64,000 bases of DNA, from the IMG/VR virus record IMGVR_UViG_3300013767_000188, positions 7,673-71,672 of that record; one strand, given 5' to 3'. Of the stretch, positions 57,102-64,000 are shown piece after piece. A model generated the notes under the pieces. It was not told the origin of the DNA, searched no databases, and saw nothing but the letters and a program-made list of their open reading frames with translations. The stretch is from a virus. The position numbers were made by a program, and so were the translations under genes. Within the stretch, counting starts at the first letter, position 1. Every line of letters begins with the position of its first letter.

Positions 57102-58763
57102 ATGCAGTTGATCCAAGCAAAGCTGATGGAATTGAGGATTGATCCCGCCAACGTCCGCAAGACGGACCTCGCGCCGGAAGAGGCGTTGCTTTCCAGCCTG
57201 CGCACGAAGGGCGTCCTTGTGCCTCTGACCGTCCGCAAGAACGGTGACGGGTATCTTGTCACGGATGGCGGCAAGCGCCTTGCGGCTCTGCACATCCTCG
57301 CCCGTGATGGTGAGTTCGACAAGACGACACTCGTTCCATGCATGTTGCGGGAAGGCGATGACCGCGATGCGGCTGACATAAGCTTGACGACAAACTTCAT
57401 TCGGGAATCGATGCACCCGGTGGACGAGTACGAAGCGATCGCGAAGCTGATCGAGGGTGGCAAGACCCCGGAACAGATCGTCGCCGAATACGGGCTCGAT
57501 GCCAGGCAGGTGAGGCAATCACTCGCGCTGGGCCGTTTGGCGCCGGAAGTCCGCGAAGCGTGGCGCAAGGGCGATCTCGAGGAAGAAGAAGCTGAGGCTT
57601 TCACCCTTGAGCCTGACCACGTGCGGCAGGCCGCGATCCTCAAGAAGGTGGGAAAGCACACCAGCCGATGGCAGATCAGGCAGGCCATCCTTGGCGACAA
57701 TCGCAGCGCCGAAGGCCTGCTCAAGTTCGTCGGCGTCGAGGCCTACAAAGCCGCTGGCGGCGCGACCACCGAGGATCTGTTCACCGACGCCAAGAATCCA
57801 GACGTCATCGCGACCGATATCAAGCTTCTGACGAAACTGGCAGAAGACAAGGTCAAGGCGACTATCGCCAAGATCGAGGGCGAGGGCTGGAAGTGGGTTT
57901 CTGAAATGTCGGACCTGCCAGACAGCGCGCGCTGGTGGACGAGTCAGGCCAAGAAGGACATTCCCGCCGATAAGCGCGGCAACTTCGGCGTTATCATCTT
58001 CCGTCAGCATGATGGCAGCGTTGAGTTCCGGTACGGCGTACAGAAGCCCAGCGCAGCTAAAGCCGCCGACACGAAGAAGGCCAAAGCGAAAGCTAACGGC
58101 GAGGTCACGATCTCGGCCGCGCTCTGCGGCCGGATCGCAACGCAGATCACCAGCGCAGCGGAATCGGTTCTCGCTCAAGACCACAAGCTCGGCCTTGCGG
58201 TGATCGCGGCCGCTATCATCGCGGGTGACGGACCGGCCCGGATCAAGTCGGATGCTGCCAACGAAGAGGACGACTATTCCACCTTCGATAAGGCTCTGGC
58301 GTTGATGCGCAAGAAGGACGTGCCGCAGTTGCACGCCATCCTCGCAGGCCACGCCGCTGCTTCGTTGAAATTGGGGAGCTTCAACCAGTCGAATCTTCCG
58401 CTCGCTGAGGGCAACGACGACGACCGCGCACTGCTCGAAGCTCTCGACCAGAAGAAGATCAACACCGAACTGCGCCAGCACTTCGATTCCGCCGATTACT
58501 TCGCTGGCGTCACGGCGCAGGCCTGCAAGGATGCCATCACGGCCTGCGATCCGAAGCAGCCGATCACCGGCAAGGAAAAAAAGTCCGAACTGGCGAAGCT
58601 GGCAACGGATCTGGTGAAGAAGTCGAACGCTGGCGGGAAGGCGGGATGGTTGCCGCTGGAAATGCGCCTCAAGTCCTACGACGGACCGGCGCTCAAGCCT
58701 TCCAAGGCTGCGGCCCCCGCGAAGAAGGCAGCCAAGAAGACAGCGAAGAAGCGGGCCGCATGA
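57102..58763 (+). CDS. Large ParB/Spo0J-like protein
   Basis: NVRK, GVLVPLTV, DGGKRLAAL, NFIRESMHPVDEYEA, VRQSLALGRL. Confidence 0.85.
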   Translation: MQLIQAKLMELRIDPANVRKTDLAPEEALLSSLRTKGVLVPLTVRKNGDGYLVTDGGKRLAALHILARDGEFDKTTLVPCMLREGDDRDAADISLTTNFIRESMHPVDEYEAIAKLIEGGKTPEQIVAEYGLDARQVRQSLALGRLAPEVREAWRKGDLEEEEAEAFTLEPDHVRQAAILKKVGKHTSRWQIRQAILGDNRSAEGLLKFVGVEAYKAAGGATTEDLFTDAKNPDVIATDIKLLTKLAEDKVKATIAKIEGEGWKWVSEMSDLPDSARWWTSQAKKDIPADKRGNFGVIIFRQHDGSVEFRYGVQKPSAAKAADTKKAKAKANGEVTISAALCGRIATQITSAAESVLAQDHKLGLAVIAAAIIAGDGPARIKSDAANEEDDYSTFDKALALMRKKDVPQLHAILAGHAAASLKLGSFNQSNLPLAEGNDDDRALLEALDQKKINTELRQHFDSADYFAGVTAQACKDAITACDPKQPITGKEKKSELAKLATDLVKKSNAGGKAGWLPLEMRLKSYDGPALKPSKAAAPAKKAAKKTAKKRAA

Positions 58764-59074
58764 CGAAGGTCCGCACCATCGGCCAGGAGATCGCTGAGAA
58801 CGATCTTCTGGACGAGGTTTCCGATCAGACCGCGCTCGACAAGATCGCGGCTCTGATCGACGGCCACATTCTGGAAGCCTTCAAGACAGGCTTCGAACAC
58901 GCGACGGCTGGCGGCGAGGAAGCTGGCAGGCGTATGCCTCAACTTAAAGGCGCGATGCCGCTCGTCCTTTACGTCGGGGACGAGGCGACACGCCGCGAAC
59001 TGATCGACCTTTTCAAAGCCACGCATCCGAACGCCATTGAGGCGCGGATACCGGAACGGGTGAAACGAGCATGA
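58760..59074 (+). CDS. Hypothetical protein
   Basis: ATGA-coupled ORF. Confidence 0.55.
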   Translation: MTKVRTIGQEIAENDLLDEVSDQTALDKIAALIDGHILEAFKTGFEHATAGGEEAGRRMPQLKGAMPLVLYVGDEATRRELIDLFKATHPNAIEARIPERVKRA

Positions 59075-59427
59075 ACGACACCGCAGAAGCCGCGCCGCAA
59101 GTCGCAATCCAGAACGACGGCTGGGAATGGGCCATCGTCGAGATCATGGGCCACCGCAAGCACGCCGGTCGCGTGCGCGAGGAAGAACGCTTCGGCGCGA
59201 AAATGCTCCGCATCGATATCCCCGTGAAGGGTGATGCCGCTGCAAATGGTTGGGAAACCCACTACTACGGCGGGCCGTCGATTTTCTCATTCACGCTGAC
59301 CGACGAAGACTCGGTCATGCGCGCCAACATGCCGTGGGACGCTCCCGGCCGGTACCGGCTGCCAGCGCCAGAAGCTGACGCCCCGGACGACGACAACGAA
59401 TACGACGACGAGGCCGAGCATGGCTGA
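59071..59427 (+). CDS. Conserved phage hypothetical protein
   Basis: WAIVEIMGH..AGRV.E..FG..LRIDIP. Confidence 0.7.
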   Translation: MNDTAEAAPQVAIQNDGWEWAIVEIMGHRKHAGRVREEERFGAKMLRIDIPVKGDAAANGWETHYYGGPSIFSFTLTDEDSVMRANMPWDAPGRYRLPAPEADAPDDDNEYDDEAEHG

Positions 59428-59896
59428 CACAGTCGTTGGGGCGTGGACCAATCGATTCTCTCAGCGCTCCTGCGCCGAGTGTGGCACGACATTTCAACCG
59501 CGCGGGACACGCGATATCTGGTGTTCGGTGCCGTGTCGGTTCTGGTCGCATGTCGACAAGACTGCTGGTCCAGATAAGTGCTGGCCTTGGAAGAAACGAT
59601 GCTTTGTCACCGGATACGGACAATTCACCGTCGAGGGGACGCCGTTCTACGCCCACCGAAAAGCACTGGAATTGTCTGGCGCTGAGATTCCAGAGGGAAT
59701 GTACGCGACGCATGGTTGCGATAATCCTCCTTGCTGCAACCCGCATCCAGAGCACGTTCGTGTCGGTAGTCCATCGCTGAACATCACTGAGGCTCACGAA
59801 CGCGGCAGGCGCCCAAATGTGAACTACGCAACAGGTGACCGTCACGGGAAAAGAAAGAGCCGCCGACAACAGGAGCCCGCACGTGGTTGCGTATAG
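59420..59896 (+). CDS. HNH endonuclease
   Basis: CWPW..GYG..AHR..HGCDNPPCCNP.H. Confidence 0.85.
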   Translation: MADTVVGAWTNRFSQRSCAECGTTFQPRGTRDIWCSVPCRFWSHVDKTAGPDKCWPWKKRCFVTGYGQFTVEGTPFYAHRKALELSGAEIPEGMYATHGCDNPPCCNPHPEHVRVGSPSLNITEAHERGRRPNVNYATGDRHGKRKSRRQQEPARGCV

Positions 59897-60317
59897 CTTC
59901 AAACAGCGCTTCGTCGTGCCGATCCGGCTGGGCCTCGGGATGACCGTCGGCATCGTCGATGATGGTACCCAACGGTTGAAGCCGAAGCGGCAGACGATCC
60001 GCGCCATAGGGAAGCGCCGGCACGCGCGACCGGGAGAAACCTTGCAGCTGTACTGCGGCATGCGCCAGCCGGGTTGCTTCCTCATCGGCGCCGCGATCTG
60101 CACCGACACGAGGGCCGTCAAGATCGTTCTGTCCGACACCGACTTCCAGATCATCTTGAACAACTCCGCAATCGGCTTGCTGCCATCTGAGATTCGACGC
60201 TTCGCGCAGGCTGACGGTTTCGACGACGAACACGACATGCTCGACTTCTGGCGAGAAGAACATCCAGGCCTCGACGTGTTCGAGGGCATTGTCTGCGAAT
60301 GGAGACCCGCGGCATGA
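59883..60317 (+). CDS. ASCH/PUA-like protein
   Basis: YSF..RF..I, KRQTIR, PGETLQLY.GMR, FAQADGF. Confidence 0.7.
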   Translation: MVAYSFKQRFVVPIRLGLGMTVGIVDDGTQRLKPKRQTIRAIGKRRHARPGETLQLYCGMRQPGCFLIGAAICTDTRAVKIVLSDTDFQIILNNSAIGLLPSEIRRFAQADGFDDEHDMLDFWREEHPGLDVFEGIVCEWRPAA

Positions 60318-61468
60318 CTAAACTGAAACCCGGCGCGCTCGCTGCGCTGATGACATACAAGTCGATCGATGACGGCAGCGGCAGGGTGCTTGTCTCGGGC
60401 GAGGCGTTGGACAGCGCCATTGATGCCCTGACAATCAAGGATGAGGTCTTCGACGAGGATCTGGACGAGGCGATACAGGACGCGGTCGCGGACGGCGAGG
60501 GCAGGGCGACGCCGCACTATCTCAAGACGCACCTTGCCGCGCGCGGCCTGGTCATCGTGCCGATGGGGGCACCGTCCGACATCGCCGTGTCGATCGAGCG
60601 CGAGGCCTGCGCCTCGATAGCCGAAGCGATCGACAGCGGGCGAGGTAATGAGAAACTGATCGCGAAATCTATCAGGGAGCGCAGCGACCTTCGCGACCTG
60701 CCGACGAATTCAGTTGCGCACTCTCCCGCTGTTCGTGACGAGGCAGAGGCCGATAAGGAATTCTATATCTGGCTGCAATCACATGGCGGCGTTGTGCTCG
60801 CCGATCAGCAGCAATGCTTTGCTGCCGGATATGCAGCCGCCCTGTCCGCCGCCCCGGTCGAGCCCGAGTTGATTTCCGGCGCGCAGATGGACGCCATAGA
60901 GGCTGCGGCGATTGCGGGAGAGCCACTCACGTCATTGTCCGCCTCGGTCGGGGAGCCTGTGGCGCGCGTCAGCAATGATCGCTGCAGATTGGACGATGAT
61001 CCTGCGCCTGTGGCGTCAGTCACACAGGTTTGCGCCTGTTCTGAGACTTGTGCTGCCGATGGGTTCACTCCTGTGCAGAAACCGAGCGGAGCGGCAACTC
61101 GATACGATGCTCTTGGCCGCCGTATGGAGCCTGTCGCCATGCCTAATGCGCAGAAAGACGCATTGGCCCGGTGCTATGGCCGGCTCTGGCTTGTTCACAC
61201 CGATAACAAAAGCATCCATCTGGCGCGCCGCGAATTGTTGTCGTGGCTGACAAAGGACGAGCAGGCATGGGGCATCGAACACGCCAAAGCTGAAGCATTG
61301 GCTTGGCCACCTCGCGCCACCCCGCCAGCCACATCGACTGGCGTGGTTCAGCGGCAACGCCTGATTGAGTGGGCGCAATCGAAAGACCCCGCGAACATCG
61401 GACGCAAGACTGGCGAGCAGTGGGCCGATGAAATCATTTCCCTAACTTCACGCGCGGAGTTGAAATGA
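60314..61468 (+). CDS. Hypothetical mosaic protein
   Basis: EREACA motif; long ORF in operon. Confidence 0.6.
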   Translation: MTKLKPGALAALMTYKSIDDGSGRVLVSGEALDSAIDALTIKDEVFDEDLDEAIQDAVADGEGRATPHYLKTHLAARGLVIVPMGAPSDIAVSIEREACASIAEAIDSGRGNEKLIAKSIRERSDLRDLPTNSVAHSPAVRDEAEADKEFYIWLQSHGGVVLADQQQCFAAGYAAALSAAPVEPELISGAQMDAIEAAAIAGEPLTSLSASVGEPVARVSNDRCRLDDDPAPVASVTQVCACSETCAADGFTPVQKPSGAATRYDALGRRMEPVAMPNAQKDALARCYGRLWLVHTDNKSIHLARRELLSWLTKDEQAWGIEHAKAEALAWPPRATPPATSTGVVQRQRLIEWAQSKDPANIGRKTGEQWADEIISLTSRAELK

Positions 61469-61905
61469 TGGGCGACGTTACCGGACCGATATCTACATTA
61501 CCCGGTGCGAGGCACCCGCTGCCGAAGGGCGCGAAATGCGACCATCACCGGCGAAGACCGGCTGTCGTCCGCATCCAGGGCGAGACTGATTCGTTCGGTT
61601 CCGAACTGAACGACATGTGCCAGAAGTGCTTCAACAAGCACCGCGCGTACCTCAGATCGCCGGAGGCCGCGAAGTCCCGACAAGGCCGCTGCGACTGGTG
61701 CAAGAACGAGGCGACCGATCTTCGCCCGCGTCGTGATTTTGAGGAAGGTCTGGCCGGTCGCCTCTATGACGTGTGCGGCGATTGCGTGAAGAAGGAAAAC
61801 GAACGACTGGCCGAAGAAGCCGAAGCGTATGAACGCGACCACGGCTATGAGGGCGTTTGGGATGATGATGACTACGACGACTATGACGAGGGCGACCACC
61901 TGTGA
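61465..61905 (+). CDS. Hypothetical Cys-rich protein
   Basis: CDHH..QGETDSFG..C..C..CDWC..VC..C. Confidence 0.65.
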   Translation: MMGDVTGPISTLPGARHPLPKGAKCDHHRRRPAVVRIQGETDSFGSELNDMCQKCFNKHRAYLRSPEAAKSRQGRCDWCKNEATDLRPRRDFEEGLAGRLYDVCGDCVKKENERLAEEAEAYERDHGYEGVWDDDDYDDYDEGDHL

Positions 61906-62405
61906 AGAAACGCACTCAATCGTCCGATATCGAGTCCGGCCGAGTCGATCCTTTCCCGTATGATGGACCGCTGCGCCGGGTTGATGGTGTAGCGCCTTAT
62001 AATCATTACCTCTGGCCGCTCGACCGAGATTGGTATTGGGCGCGAAAAGACCTCGACGATCGCATTTCTTCGCGTTGGCATTTCAGCGCAATTGCCCTTG
62101 CTGATGGTCGCTGGCTTTCGAGCGGACATATTCGAGACGAAAGCCGGATGCAGTTCTTCGAGACACGAGAAGCGGCGCTGCGTCACTCGGCTGCCGAATT
62201 TCTGCGGACTATCAGAGGGGCCCGTCATTGGGACCGTTACCGCTTCGGCAGCGACTATGTCTCGCCAGAGCTTTACGTGCGTCTCGTCGCATGGGTCACT
62301 GCGGTCCTCAAAAGAAAACCGTTGCGATTGACGGTAAAGCCAGCACCACCGAAGCCTCCTGTTTGGTCCGACCTCCCATTGTTCGCGGAGTACGGCAACA
62401 GATGA
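61902..62405 (+). CDS. Hypothetical protein
   Basis: Coupled ORF. Confidence 0.5.
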   Translation: MKKRTQSSDIESGRVDPFPYDGPLRRVDGVAPYNHYLWPLDRDWYWARKDLDDRISSRWHFSAIALADGRWLSSGHIRDESRMQFFETREAALRHSAAEFLRTIRGARHWDRYRFGSDYVSPELYVRLVAWVTAVLKRKPLRLTVKPAPPKPPVWSDLPLFAEYGNR

Positions 62406-62669
62406 AGCGCGAACAGCCCGACCATCGCGAGACTTATGCGGCGCGGGGCATGCGCCGCGAGGCCGCGGCAGCGGCGCGAGCGACGAGGCTAGGCTTCATG
62501 AACTCTTCACCGCTTCCCGCCTTCGCCGCGAGTGGTTTGAGTTCTCGGCCGACATGCACACCTTCATCGAGCAGACGGCGATCGCGGGCAAGTCGCGGCC
62601 GCCGGATGCGTAAATGAGCTAGCGAATCGCGATGACCATTGAAATTCTAAGCACTTAAGGCCTCTGAGT

Positions 62670-62990
62670 ATGAGTAGCACCGTCCGGTTATTGACATCGA
62701 AGGAAGCCGCCTCGCGGCTCTCCATCACTGTGGATCAGCTATCGGATTTGGTTCACGACGGCGAAATCGCCTATATTCTCGTGGGGCGCGGCGCAAAGCG
62801 GCCTCGGCGTCGATACACCGAGGGGGACCTTGATGATTTCATTGATCGACGTCGCAGGCGGGAAGCATGTCAGTCTACAAGCCCCAAAAGTCGCCTTTCT
62901 ACCAATACGACTTCCAATTCGCTGGTCGTCGGTTTTTCGGCTCTACGGAGTGCACGGCTCGAAAAGAAGCTGAGAAGTTCGAGCAAGTAG
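62670..62990 (+). CDS. xis: Excisionase-like HTH protein
   Basis: LLTSKEAASRLSI..L..LV..GEI; overlaps integrase start. Confidence 0.8.
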   Translation: MSSTVRLLTSKEAASRLSITVDQLSDLVHDGEIAYILVGRGAKRPRRRYTEGDLDDFIDRRRRREACQSTSPKSRLSTNTTSNSLVVGFSALRSARLEKKLRSSSK

Positions 62991-64000
62991 AGCGCGACAA
63001 GGCGAAGAAACTCGTCAAGGCATCAAAGTGTGCCAAGACATCGCTTTTGATCGGCGACGTCATCGTCCGTCTTTGGAATGACGAGGCGCAGCACGACGCT
63101 GACCCGGACGCGACCTGGACAAACCTTGAACGTCTCGTCGGCTATTTCGGTGAGACGACGCCACTGACTGAAATCGACCACAACAAGGCGAAACAGCTTG
63201 TTGCGTGGCGACGCGGACATCGCGTCGCGCGCCGTGGCAAGTTGAGCAAAGAGCAACAGGAGGCTCTGCCGCTGATCGCCAACGCGACTGTGAACCGGTC
63301 CGCCACCAAAGTTCTACAGCGCCTCTTTCGTTTCGCGAAGGCCGAGAACGCTGTCTTCGACAATGAACCGAAATGGGAAGAGCTCCTGTTGCCAGAGCCT
63401 GAAGAGCGCGTGCGTGAATTGCAGGACGACGAGGCCGCGGCCTTGGATGACGCGATGCGCGACGACTATGCGCCGTTCTTCAACTTCGTGCGGGCCAGCG
63501 GCATGAGGTTTAGGGAATGCGTGACGCTGCGCTGGTCGGAGGTGAATTTCGGCACCAAGCAAATCGTTCGCCTCGGTAAGGGCGGCCGGCGCGTCGTGTT
63601 CCCGATAACCGACAGCGTCCGGGATATTCTCTTTCCGCTACAGGGGCAACATCCAGAATTCGTATTCACGTATGTCGCGGTCTACGGCAACAAGCGCTTG
63701 GGCCTCGTGCGCGGTCAACGCTATCGGCTGACCTACAACGGCACCAAAGCTGCGTGGCAGACCCTTAGGGGCAGGGCGGCGCTCGCCGATTTCCGGTTCC
63801 ACGACTACAGGCACGACTTCGGAACGAAGCTGCTGCGTGATAGCGGCAACTTGAAGCTGGTCCAGAGGGCTATGAATCACCGCGACATCAAGTCTACGCT
63901 TCGCTATGCCCATGTGCTGGATGAGGACATCGCCGCCGCCGTGGAGCGTGTCGCAAAGTCCCGGAAAAAGCCCCGGACCACTGTTCGGAAAGTCAGTTAA
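62867..64000 (+). CDS. int: Tyrosine recombinase integrase
   Basis: SGMR, FHDYRHDF, AMNHRDIKSTLRYAH catalytic motifs. Confidence 0.95.
   Translation: MSVYKPQKSPFYQYDFQFAGRRFFGSTECTARKEAEKFEQVERDKAKKLVKASKCAKTSLLIGDVIVRLWNDEAQHDADPDATWTNLERLVGYFGETTPLTEIDHNKAKQLVAWRRGHRVARRGKLSKEQQEALPLIANATVNRSATKVLQRLFRFAKAENAVFDNEPKWEELLLPEPEERVRELQDDEAAALDDAMRDDYAPFFNFVRASGMRFRECVTLRWSEVNFGTKQIVRLGKGGRRVVFPITDSVRDILFPLQGQHPEFVFTYVAVYGNKRLGLVRGQRYRLTYNGTKAAWQTLRGRAALADFRFHDYRHDFGTKLLRDSGNLKLVQRAMNHRDIKSTLRYAHVLDEDIAAAVERVAKSRKKPRTTVRKVS

Larger units (their letters stand above)
1..64000. mobile_element. Temperate prophage with contractile tail, truncated by both window edges
   Basis: Contiguous integrase/xis, cI/cro, recombination, replication, terminase, portal, capsid, sheath/tube and baseplate modules. 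Confidence 0.97.

Noticed and set aside
57519-60532. Long - strand ORFs (57519..58481, 59315..60532) and similar antisense ORFs elsewhere
   Set aside because: They overlap well-supported + strand genes and are expected in high-GC DNA
63900-64000. Attachment site
   Set aside because: The window ends at the integrase stop codon, so no att repeat can be seen

Overview
The window is almost entirely one GC-rich temperate prophage with a contractile tail, of an alphaproteobacterial host. The host is most likely Hyphomicrobiales, judged from the GcrA homologue, a host-like NYN/LabA gene and a CtrA box. From right to left it reads: integrase and excisionase (the integrase stop is the last base of the window); a long early operon on + (YqaJ exonuclease, recombinase, two HerA-like ATPases, NYN, ParB, HNH); a cI/cro switch with five operator-like sites; a replication operon on - (GcrA, RuvC-like resolvase, ParB-like protein, AAA helicase); a divergent accessory cassette on + with ParB and a parS-like site; a ParB/methyltransferase/radical-SAM cluster beside the terminase; then head, neck, tail and baseplate genes on -, cut off in baseplate J. 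Lysis genes, tail fibres and att sites lie outside the window. The most notable signals are (1) an apparent cell-cycle-coupling toolkit (CtrA box next to a parS-like site, GcrA, a GANTC cluster, a HerA ATPase with five GcrA/Myb-like repeats, four ParB-domain genes), (2) three clusters of GTGACA repeats, (3) a candidate DNA-modification module, (4) a Nudix-prohead protease fusion, and (5) one small beta domain reused in three virion proteins. All family assignments come from motif recognition by eye, not database searches.
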